This document shows, one piece after another, positions 7,366 through 16,232 of a stretch of DNA of 64,000 nucleotides; the stretch's first letter is position 1; every line of letters starts with the position of its first letter. Source of the stretch: Methanobrevibacter sp. (GTDB taxonomy: Archaea > Methanobacteriota > Methanobacteria > Methanobacteriales > Methanobacteriaceae); the NCBI RefSeq assembly GCF_051877095.1, contig NZ_JBJEIO010000009.1, positions 47,874 to 111,873 of the forward strand. Reading direction: 5' to 3'. The translations under genes were made by a program, and so were the position numbers. The notes under the pieces were generated by a model, which saw nothing but the letters and a program-made list of their open reading frames with translations, was not told where the DNA came from and did no database searches.

Positions 7366-10300
7366 TCATCCAGTTATAGGAGTATTATATTTCCCATAAT
7401 TTTCTGCTTGTTCAAAAACATCATTAATCACTTCATCTTCTGGAACTGGAGGATATCCATTGTCATCTAGAAGTATGATTAATTCTGCTTCAAGTTCGGC
7501 TTTCCTTGCAGTATTTTTCCAATCTCCAAATTTGGTTTTTTCTTCTACTAATTCTTTTACTTTTGCCGAAAGTGGCAATAATTTTTCATGCGGATATTCG
7601 AAATCATATTTTTCAGCACAGTATTTTAATATATCATAAAATGCTTTTTGTTCAATTGTAATATTCATTTCTTCAAACGATTTTCTATCTTTTTCAATAT
7701 CTTCAAATAGTTCAGATATTTTTTTAGTAATCTCTTCGTAAGCTTCTAAAGCACGTGGATGCTTTCTACGCATTTCATTATAGTCATCCACAATTTTGTT
7801 TAAACGTTCAGTAAATTCTACAGATTTAATCCTATTTACTTTTTTATAATCAGTAATCACACGTTTTAATAATCTTTCAAGAAGTTTGATTCTTGTATTT
7901 GGTAACTGAATTTTATTGATAATATCTTGATATTGTTTTGAAAAAATTTCAAGGGCATCTGGACTTTGATCTATTTTAAATACTTCTTCAACTCCCTCAG
8001 ATTGTATTGCAGCTTCAAGCATTTTGCCCACTTTACGATTCATCTGACTCACATCAGGAGCATCACCTTTATTATATTTATATATTATTGATCTAACTCC
8101 TTGATAGAAATAAATATAATCACGTTCTTCTTTAGAAATCTCTTCACTAGATGTACAAAGTTTATAAGCAGATGACAAATCTCTAACATGGCCCATAAAC
8201 CTATTTTCTATATCTTCACTTACTTGAGCAAATTCTGCTGCTTCTTTTAAGCATTGTAATTTTTCTGAAGGAGTGCCATTGAAATAATCACTATCATCAA
8301 ATTCATAGAACATGTTATGTAAAATACTTAATTTGTCTTTAACTATTTTTATTGCTTTATCAATGTCTTCAAATTGGTCATCGGCATTGTCATTATATTT
8401 TCGTAATGCTAAATCAAGTTCATCTTTAATTCCAATATAATCAATGATAATTCCAAATTCTTTTCCTTCATAAGCTCGATTTACTCTTGAAACTGTTTGA
8501 ATTAAAGTGTGTTGTTGTATTGCTTTATCAATATAAATTAAATCTAAACAAGGAACATCAAATCCAGTTAACCACATATCTCTAACAATAGCAATTTTGA
8601 AATTGGAGTTTTCATTCTTAAATTCTTTACTTGCTTCAGCACGGTCTTTATCACTACCTAAAATTTCATAAAATTCAGGATCATCATCTTTTTCACGAGT
8701 CATAACCATTTTAATTTTAGGCATCTTTTTCAGCTCATCGAGATTAACCTTATCAAAATCTATATCGTCAGCATATCCTTCAATAGCCCATTCTGGACGT
8801 TTATTAATAACAATCTTATAAAATTCATAACCAATTTCTCGTTTTGAACAAACAAAAATTGCTTTGCCTTTCACAGTAGTTCTATCTTCAACACGCTGTT
8901 CATAATCAGCAATAAAATCATTGGCTACTTTTTCTAATCTATTAGGATTTCCAAGGATAACGTACATTCTAGTCATTTGTTTTATGCTTTCTTGAATTTG
9001 GTGTTGATTGGTTCCTTTCGATTCACAAAATTTATAATATTGTTCAATGAGCTTAATTAATTCCTCATCAACAGTGACTTTAGCATAACGGCCATCATAT
9101 TTTAAATTAACAATAATACCATCATCAACAGCTTCATACATAGTGTATTGACTTACAATTTCTCCAAATACATCAATAGTTGCATCTATAGGTGTTCCAG
9201 TAAAACCAACATAAGTTGCATTCGGTAAAGATTCGTGCAAACATTTAGCAAAACCAATAGTCTTATATACTCCTGTTTCATCAACAGTTTGTTTCTCATC
9301 TAAGTTTAATTGAGACCTATGGGCCTCATCAGAAATACAAATAACATTAGAACGTTCAGTTAAAAGTTCAACAGATTCATTGAACTTTTGAATAGTAGTT
9401 AGATATACTCCTCCACTTTTTCTATCTTTTAAATACTCTTTTAGAGTTTTCCTTGAATCAAAACGAATTACATCATTATCCCCAATGAAATTCTTAGCAT
9501 TAAGAAATTCTTCAGCTAACTGAATATCCAAATCATAACGATCAGTAATTAACAAAATAGTCGGATTTTTCAATCGTTTATCTCTCATAAGCATTCTTGT
9601 TAAATAAAGCATTGCATAACTTTTACCTGAACCTGTCGCACCAAAGACAGTCCCCCCTTTTCCATCACCTTCTGGTTTAATATGTTTTATAACATTTTCA
9701 TGGACTTTGGTAGCTGAGAAATATTGAGGATATCTACAAATGATTTTAACTTCATGATTACTTACATCTGGGAAATAAATAAAATCTTTAATTATATCTA
9801 AGAGAATCTCTTTATTGAATAAACCATACATCATAGTATACAATGAATTTATACCCTCTTTTTCAATATCTTCTTCTTTTAGTTTTTTCCAAGCATAAAA
9901 ATATTCATAATCTGTAAATAAAGTACCATATTTATTATTTACACCATCACTAATCACGACAAATGCATTATACTTAAACAATTCAGGAATATCTCTTTGA
10001 TATCTAATAGTTAACTGTTCATAAGCATCATAAATTGTAGCCTCTTCTCCTCGAACAGCACTTTTAAATTCTAATACTACAATTGGAAGTCCATTAATGA
10101 AAACAATGCCATCGGGAATACGTTTAACAGAACCTTCAATCTCAACTTGATTTACAAATTTAAATATATTATTAGTCCTGTCTTCAAAATCTATTAAATG
10201 AATAAATATGTCTTTGTCATCAATATTTTCACGTTTAAATAAAAACCCATTTGTTAATAATGAAAAAAATTCTTTGTTTGCATCGTAAACAGAAGATACA

Positions 10301-10503
10301 GAAATGTTTTTCAAACGTTGAATAATATTTTTTATTTCAGAATCAGTAATATCGTACATTCTTTTTAAATATGTAATTAAGTCATCTTCAATAAGGACAT
10401 TATTTTTATTTCTATTAATTTCATCACCATGATAACAATCATAGCCGTTTTTACCAAATAAATCTTTAAATGATTGTTCTAATTCATATTCATCAAATGA
10501 CAT
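7366..10503 (-). CDS. hsdR: Type I restriction enzyme R subunit
   Basis: PD-(D/E)xK site IPDGIVFINGLPIVVLEFK, Walker A GATGSGKS, DEAH box, GFTGTP, MWLTGFDVP, QTVSRVNR. Confidence 0.95.
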   Translation of the reverse strand: MSFDEYELEQSFKDLFGKNGYDCYHGDEINRNKNNVLIEDDLITYLKRMYDITDSEIKNIIQRLKNISVSSVYDANKEFFSLLTNGFLFKRENIDDKDIFIHLIDFEDRTNNIFKFVNQVEIEGSVKRIPDGIVFINGLPIVVLEFKSAVRGEEATIYDAYEQLTIRYQRDIPELFKYNAFVVISDGVNNKYGTLFTDYEYFYAWKKLKEEDIEKEGINSLYTMMYGLFNKEILLDIIKDFIYFPDVSNHEVKIICRYPQYFSATKVHENVIKHIKPEGDGKGGTVFGATGSGKSYAMLYLTRMLMRDKRLKNPTILLITDRYDLDIQLAEEFLNAKNFIGDNDVIRFDSRKTLKEYLKDRKSGGVYLTTIQKFNESVELLTERSNVICISDEAHRSQLNLDEKQTVDETGVYKTIGFAKCLHESLPNATYVGFTGTPIDATIDVFGEIVSQYTMYEAVDDGIIVNLKYDGRYAKVTVDEELIKLIEQYYKFCESKGTNQHQIQESIKQMTRMYVILGNPNRLEKVANDFIADYEQRVEDRTTVKGKAIFVCSKREIGYEFYKIVINKRPEWAIEGYADDIDFDKVNLDELKKMPKIKMVMTREKDDDPEFYEILGSDKDRAEASKEFKNENSNFKIAIVRDMWLTGFDVPCLDLIYIDKAIQQHTLIQTVSRVNRAYEGKEFGIIIDYIGIKDELDLALRKYNDNADDQFEDIDKAIKIVKDKLSILHNMFYEFDDSDYFNGTPSEKLQCLKEAAEFAQVSEDIENRFMGHVRDLSSAYKLCTSSEEISKEERDYIYFYQGVRSIIYKYNKGDAPDVSQMNRKVGKMLEAAIQSEGVEEVFKIDQSPDALEIFSKQYQDIINKIQLPNTRIKLLERLLKRVITDYKKVNRIKSVEFTERLNKIVDDYNEMRRKHPRALEAYEEITKKISELFEDIEKDRKSFEEMNITIEQKAFYDILKYCAEKYDFEYPHEKLLPLSAKVKELVEEKTKFGDWKNTARKAELEAELIILLDDNGYPPVPEDEVINDVFEQAENYGKYNTPITG

Positions 10504-10526
10504 CCATACCCCTCCTGATTAAACCT

Positions 10527-11729
10527 CTAACTCACATTTATCTTAGAGACATCAATTTCACCAGTCATTAGTTTAGCTATTAATGTGTCTCTTAATTTTT
10601 GTAATTTTTCTATTTCAAAACAATTTGCAGATATCTGAGAATATAAAGGATGTACAATATTTTTATATTCTGAAATAATGTCTTCTGGAGGGCATATAAT
10701 ATTAAATGATTCTAAATTCTCTTTATTAATATGTTGTTGGGCCCCGCCTGTTTGATGTTTTAATAATTCAAAAAGAATGCTTGAAATTAATGGATATATA
10801 AATTCATATGGGTACTTTTTATTGGGAACAACACCAATCACTGATTGATTCGCACATGAATCTATTTCCAATAAACTAATTTGACCTAAAGTAGCACCAG
10901 TAATAGCTATAACTGTAGTTTTGGCAGGCAATAATTTTGTAGCAGATTTTTTTAAACCTTCTTCAGTAATATATTCGGAAGGTTCAATTATCCTAAATTC
11001 ATTAACTTTCCCAGAATTTATCCATGCAATATTTCCTCCCCAATATGATTCATTAGACCTACTTGGGGTTCCACCTAATTTACAATCTAAAATATCTCCC
11101 ACGGAGGTAATATTCCATCCTTTTGGTATTTTTCCAATTTTAGAATCGATAAATTTCTCATTAATGAAAGGAGTGAAATCAATGAAATAATACTTAAATA
11201 TAGTATGACATGTTTCATCTAAATTCTTACTTAAATTTTTGAGTATTGTTATTCTATCATCGATAAGGTTTTTAATTTCAACTACTTTGTTTTGATGTTC
11301 TAATGGTGGAACAAAGAGTTCTGTGTTTTCCATATCTTCCCATGAAAATATTTCACGTACTGATCCATGTGAGTGATATCTTGCATATCTATCAAATTCT
11401 GGACGTTCAAACCATAACATAAGATAATCTGGATTTAATAAATCTGCATCAACATCAAATACTGTATATGATGATGAGATTATACCTCCTTTTTCTTTGA
11501 ATAAAGCTACAGATATCTTATCCCCATTTCTTGATGTTGTAGGCATGTAAACAAATTGATTGTATGCAATTAATTTATATTTACTTAAATCAGCACCAAT
11601 AATATTTGCTTTTGAGTCTGTGAATTGTTTTTCATTACTTAAACCTACTAAATTAGTTTCAGAAGAATCTTTGTTCTTAAGTTTAGACTCAGTAATATAG
11701 TTACCTAATTTACTATAATTTGATTTCAT
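10527..11729 (-). CDS. hsdS: Type I restriction-modification specificity subunit (two TRDs)
   Basis: PPLEHQNKVV conserved helix, KIPKGW, GGTPSR, GAQQHIN; lies between hsdM and hsdR. Confidence 0.93.
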   Translation of the reverse strand: MKSNYSKLGNYITESKLKNKDSSETNLVGLSNEKQFTDSKANIIGADLSKYKLIAYNQFVYMPTTSRNGDKISVALFKEKGGIISSSYTVFDVDADLLNPDYLMLWFERPEFDRYARYHSHGSVREIFSWEDMENTELFVPPLEHQNKVVEIKNLIDDRITILKNLSKNLDETCHTIFKYYFIDFTPFINEKFIDSKIGKIPKGWNITSVGDILDCKLGGTPSRSNESYWGGNIAWINSGKVNEFRIIEPSEYITEEGLKKSATKLLPAKTTVIAITGATLGQISLLEIDSCANQSVIGVVPNKKYPYEFIYPLISSILFELLKHQTGGAQQHINKENLESFNIICPPEDIISEYKNIVHPLYSQISANCFEIEKLQKLRDTLIAKLMTGEIDVSKINVS

Positions 11730-13248
11730 GCCCTAACTCCTCAAATAGTTTCAGTATCTTATCTTTAGAGTCTTGCTCTTCTTTATACAATTCTACAAAT
11801 TCATTTTTCAATTCGGACATTTTCTCATCAAAATTTAATGTTTCAACAGCATCAACAAATTCAATATATCTACTTGGAACTAAAACATAATCTTTCTCTT
11901 TAATCTCATCTAATTCAGCAGAATAACAAAATTCAGAAATGTCTTCATAATTATATATATTTGAACGCCATGTATTAATTGTAGAAACTACTTTATCCCT
12001 ATCTTCTTGTGTTAATTGAACATATTTTTTATCAAATGGAGCGCCCATTTGTCTTAAATCTAAGAATAAGATTTCATTTGTTCTATCTCTAAAGTTATTT
12101 TTTTCTTTTTTGTTTTTATTAATAATCCAAAGGGATACAGAAATGTCAGTTGTATAAAATAATTTTCTAGGTAATATTAATATAGCTTCTACAAGATCAT
12201 TTTCTATTAATTGTTTTCTAATTTTGTATTCGGCACCTTTATCACTTAAAGATCCATTTGATAATAAAAATCCTGCAATACCCTCTACTGATAGTTTAGA
12301 TACCATATGAAGAATCCATCCATAGTTTGCATTACTTGTTGGGGGTACTTCATATCCATCCCATCGAGGGTCTTTTGTTAATTCTTCACTTGCCCTCCAT
12401 TTTTTCTGGTTGAATGGTGGATTCGCCATGATATAATCCGCTTTTAAATCAGGATGTTGATCATTGAAAAATGTATTCGCCGCTTTATCTCCTAAGTTTC
12501 CTTTAATACCCCTTATTGCTAAATTCATTTTTGCTAATTTTAGTGTTGTTGAAGTGTATTCTTGACCATATATTGAAAGTTCATTTGTATCTCCATGATG
12601 ACTTTCCAAAAGCTTATATGATTGTACAAACATACCTCCAGATCCACAACAGGGGTCATATAATATTCCATCGTGAGGTTCTAATATTTCAGCAATTAGA
12701 TTTACAATAGATTTTGGAGTATAGAACTCTCCTTTACTTGATGCTTCTTTAATAGCAAATTTACTTAAAAAATATTCATATATTCTACCAAAGAAATCGT
12801 TATCATCTTCAGGAATTCTAATATTATTTATTTCATCTAATAAACTTGCTATATTATTGCTTTCTAATTCTAAACTTGTGAAATAGTTGTTAGGTAGCGC
12901 TCCTTTTAAATCATCATTTAGTTTTTCAATATTGCTTAATGCAGTATCTATCTTTAAAGCAATATCTGGTTGTTTTGCATTTTCAATTAAATATTCCCAA
13001 CGAGACTCTTCATCCAAATAAAATACATTATCTTTATTATAAAATACGGGTTTATCAATGTATTTTTTTCTACCTTCATCAATTAACTTTTGTCTTTGTT
13101 TTTTAAATTTATCACTTATATTTTTTAAAAATATTAAACTGAGTACTACGTGTTTATATTGTGATGTTTCTACTGACCCCCTCAGTTTATCTGCAGCATT
13201 CCACAATGATTCTTCAATTGAGATTTGTTTTTTTGCCAAACATATCAC
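11713..13248 (-). CDS. hsdM: Type I N6-adenine methyltransferase (likely start TTG at 13239)
   Basis: LWNAADKLRG N-terminus, GEFYTP, DPCCGSGGMF (SAM binding), NPPF (motif IV). Confidence 0.96.
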   Translation of the reverse strand: MICLAKKQISIEESLWNAADKLRGSVETSQYKHVVLSLIFLKNISDKFKKQRQKLIDEGRKKYIDKPVFYNKDNVFYLDEESRWEYLIENAKQPDIALKIDTALSNIEKLNDDLKGALPNNYFTSLELESNNIASLLDEINNIRIPEDDNDFFGRIYEYFLSKFAIKEASSKGEFYTPKSIVNLIAEILEPHDGILYDPCCGSGGMFVQSYKLLESHHGDTNELSIYGQEYTSTTLKLAKMNLAIRGIKGNLGDKAANTFFNDQHPDLKADYIMANPPFNQKKWRASEELTKDPRWDGYEVPPTSNANYGWILHMVSKLSVEGIAGFLLSNGSLSDKGAEYKIRKQLIENDLVEAILILPRKLFYTTDISVSLWIINKNKKEKNNFRDRTNEILFLDLRQMGAPFDKKYVQLTQEDRDKVVSTINTWRSNIYNYEDISEFCYSAELDEIKEKDYVLVPSRYIEFVDAVETLNFDEKMSELKNEFVELYKEEQDSKDKILKLFEELGHEIKL

Positions 13249-13329
13249 CCTTATAAAAAAATTATTTTAATTTGTATCATATTTTTATTAGACACATTTT
13301 ATAATGGTTATTATTTGTGGTTATTTATT

Positions 13330-13611
13330 ATTGAATTAGGAGATTAAAAATATAAATTAATATGTGGTTTAATTTAAACTTTGGAGGGTATTTATTATTT
13401 TCATCAATAATTTTTTTTACTTTATTTTTGTCAGTAATTTTCCATTCCAAACCATTTAAAATGATTTTTTCTTTGAGTTTGTTTATATCAACACTTGTTA
13501 TAGCAATCTGTTTTCCATTTTTATATTGTAACCTTTATGATGGTTCGTAGAATCAAAATAATTAATCCAAAATAATTCTTTTTCATCTAATTCATTATTA
13601 TCAAAATATTT
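13330..13611 (-). pseudogene. Remnant of a GIY-YIG-type endonuclease with a small C-terminal DNA-binding-like repeat domain
   Basis: KYFDNNELDEKELFWINYFDSTNHHKGYN (end of a GIY-YIG domain, ExxWI...GYN), then in another frame QYKNGKQIAITSVDINKLKEKIILNGLEW; no start codon or GIY/YIG motifs remain. Confidence 0.6.
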
Positions 13612-13640
13612 TTATAAAAATTTAATAAAATTATTAACTA

Positions 13641-15695
13641 GTGATAATTATGGTGCATTACGAACTAAATGAGCAGCAAAATGGTATTGAATTATATTTT
13701 GATGGGTTTCCAGGTTATCCATTAATAAATGAAATGAAAAGTCATAAACTACGTTGGAACCCCAGCAAAAAGTGTTGGTGGACTTATCAATCAAATGTTG
13801 AAGGAGTCAAATTCATTAAAGATTATTGTGCCAAAAGTACTGAAGACAATGCTGATAAAACAATAACCTTCGATAAAATGATAAAAGGCCGTTGCTGTTA
13901 TGTAGATACAATATTTAATTTTAATAAGGAAAATGAGAATGATTTTATCAACAAAATCAAATCAACATTTTTAGAAGAACATTTAGTTGATTTAAGTGAT
14001 TCTCAAATTAATGCTTGGGTTGATTCATTTAGAGTAATGCAAAATCTTAATTTGAACCCTAATCTCAATATTATTTTTGAATATGTTTTACCTTACGAAT
14101 CTGGTAGGCGTCCAGATATAATTTTAATTTCAAATGATCATGTAGTAATTTTAGAATTTAAAATGAAACATGAGGTTAAATATGAAGATATTGACCAAGT
14201 AAAAGCCTATGCTAGGGATATAAGAGAATATCATTATGAATCACGTGATAAAGAAGTTGTTCCTTTGCTGGTTTTAACAAGAACTAGTGGACTAAATGAA
14301 GAAATAAATAATATAACCTGTGTTTCTGGAGACATGCTTCAAGGAGTTTTAGATAATATTTTCACTTATGAAATTACCGATTGTGATGCTAATTATTGGA
14401 TTGCATCTAAATATGAACCATTACCTACCATTGTAGAGGCTGCAAGAACTTTTATGAAAAATGAACCTTTACCAAATATAAGGCGAGTAAATAGTGCTGG
14501 AATTCCTCAAGCAATTGAAAATCTTGAAAATTTAACAGAATATGCAAGAGACAATCAAAAACATATTATTGCATTGGTCACTGGTGTTCCAGGTGCTGGA
14601 AAAACTTATCTTGGATTGCAATATGTTTATGATATTGAAAAAGTTGGTTCAGTTTATTTATCCGGTAATGGGCCGTTAGTTGAAGTTTTAACTGACGCTT
14701 TGAAAAGTAAAAACTTTGTAAGAAATTTGCATACTGTTATTAATGAATATAGACGTACTGGCGCTCCTGATTTTGATAAAAATATTATTGTTTTTGATGA
14801 AGGGCAGCGTGCTTGGGATTCCGAGCAAATGGCTGCTAAACGTAATGATGATCGTTCCGAACCAGATATAATGATTGAACTTTGTGAAAACCGTTTAGAT
14901 TGGTGTGTTCTTTTAATATTGGTGGGCGAAGGTCAAGAAATATATAATGGTGAAAATTCTGGTATGGCATTATGGGATATTGCTCTTAAAAATAGTAAAT
15001 TTGATTGGGAAATTGCTTGTCCAGCTAAATTAGATTCATATTTTGAAGACCATTTACTTCTTGACAACATAGAAAAAGACTCCTTTGATTTAACTGTTTC
15101 TCTACGTTCACACTTATCAGGCACTGTTAGTGAATTTGTTAATTATCTTATGGCGGGTGAAATTGAAAAAGCATCTCAACTTACTGATGAAATTTATGCT
15201 GAAGATTATGATATGTATTGCACTCGAAACTTAGATAAAGCTAAGGATTATTGTAAAAGATATTCTGAAGAACCAAATAAACAATATGGTTTGATTGCGT
15301 CTTCAAAAAGTTCTGTTCTTAAAAATTATGGTATGTATAATGATTTCAAATCAACAAGAAAAGTTAATGTTGCTAAATGGTTTAATGCACCATCTAATGA
15401 CCCTCAATCTTGTTGTGCTTTAAAAGATGTAGTAACTGAATTTGCTATACAAGGATTAGAATTAGATATGCCTATAATTGGTTGGGAAACTGATATGATT
15501 TGGAATGGCTCTGAATGGGAAAAATTTAGAAAAAATGAAGATGAAAATAGTGATGCCAATACATATAGAAGAAATAGTTATAGAGTATTATTAACTAGGG
15601 GACGTGATGGATTTATTGTATTTGTCCCTCCTGTTGATAAGTTGGATTCTGTTTATGAGTTATTATTGTCTGTTGGAATAAAAGAATTAAATTAA
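13641..15695 (+). CDS. Nuclease-helicase: small N-terminal domain + PD-(D/E)xK (NERD-like) nuclease + DUF2075 (Schlafen group 3-like) SF1 helicase; likely start 13650
   Basis: EYVLPYESGRRPDIILISNDHVVILEFK; GVPGAGKT; DEGQRAW; LRS; IQGLELD; YRVLLTRGRDG. Confidence 0.85.
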   Translation: MIIMVHYELNEQQNGIELYFDGFPGYPLINEMKSHKLRWNPSKKCWWTYQSNVEGVKFIKDYCAKSTEDNADKTITFDKMIKGRCCYVDTIFNFNKENENDFINKIKSTFLEEHLVDLSDSQINAWVDSFRVMQNLNLNPNLNIIFEYVLPYESGRRPDIILISNDHVVILEFKMKHEVKYEDIDQVKAYARDIREYHYESRDKEVVPLLVLTRTSGLNEEINNITCVSGDMLQGVLDNIFTYEITDCDANYWIASKYEPLPTIVEAARTFMKNEPLPNIRRVNSAGIPQAIENLENLTEYARDNQKHIIALVTGVPGAGKTYLGLQYVYDIEKVGSVYLSGNGPLVEVLTDALKSKNFVRNLHTVINEYRRTGAPDFDKNIIVFDEGQRAWDSEQMAAKRNDDRSEPDIMIELCENRLDWCVLLILVGEGQEIYNGENSGMALWDIALKNSKFDWEIACPAKLDSYFEDHLLLDNIEKDSFDLTVSLRSHLSGTVSEFVNYLMAGEIEKASQLTDEIYAEDYDMYCTRNLDKAKDYCKRYSEEPNKQYGLIASSKSSVLKNYGMYNDFKSTRKVNVAKWFNAPSNDPQSCCALKDVVTEFAIQGLELDMPIIGWETDMIWNGSEWEKFRKNEDENSDANTYRRNSYRVLLTRGRDGFIVFVPPVDKLDSVYELLLSVGIKELN

Positions 15696-15729
15696 AAAAA
15701 GGATTTAAAAAAATAAAATTATATCCATT

Positions 15730-16134
15730 TTATTTTCTTCTTAAAGGGAACATCCAAACGTTTCTATTGTCTCCCTCAGCGTCTGGTTGAATTTCTTGAT
15801 ATGGTTCACCAGCTAATTCTACAAGGCCATGATAAGTATACCTTCCTTCTTCGAAAACTTCGAATAAATGAAGGTCAACACCATTAGTTGCGGATTCATT
15901 TAATGTTTTGTTTTGCATGTAATTAATGTCTTGGTCTCCAATTCTACCCATTCCAGTATAATGAAGAATATCTCCTTTCCATGCATCATCATACATTTTA
16001 TTATGGTCAAAAACTATTACGAGAGTGTTTGTTGTTTTTGAACGGCGCATGCCTCCAGATTTACCGCATTTAAAAGCGTCCATAAGTTCGTCGTTGCTGT
16101 AACCTTCTCCAATTATTAAATCACTTATATTCAT
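15730..16134 (-). CDS. Stand-alone SRA-like (PUA-superfamily) domain of the type usually fused to an HNH nuclease in McrA-like enzymes
   Basis: YSNDELMDAFKC..SGGMRRS..TNTLVIV..H..MYDDAW.GDILHYTGMG..GDQ....QNKTL.ES......HLFE......Y.Y.G...L...PYQE.QPD..G..R.VW.FPL; stop 35 bp from the convergent gene. Confidence 0.8.
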   Translation of the reverse strand: MNISDLIIGEGYSNDELMDAFKCGKSGGMRRSKTTNTLVIVFDHNKMYDDAWKGDILHYTGMGRIGDQDINYMQNKTLNESATNGVDLHLFEVFEEGRYTYHGLVELAGEPYQEIQPDAEGDNRNVWMFPLRRK

Positions 16135-16232
16135 GATGGTTGTCCTCCGATTTTTGTTGGTATTACTAATATTATAATCAGGTTATTAATAAAGTTTCTG
16201 TTTTTAAATATTTTAAAAAAATTTTATAAGGA

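Noticed and set aside
10527-11729. Phase-variable hsdS shufflon
   Set aside because: Only one hsdS; no silent TRDs, flanking inverted repeats or adjacent active invertase seen.
13362-13550. 62-aa hydrophobic plus-strand ORF that looks like a membrane peptide
   Set aside because: It is the reverse complement of the Lys/Glu/Asn-rich GIY-YIG relic, so the hydrophobicity is an antisense artefact.
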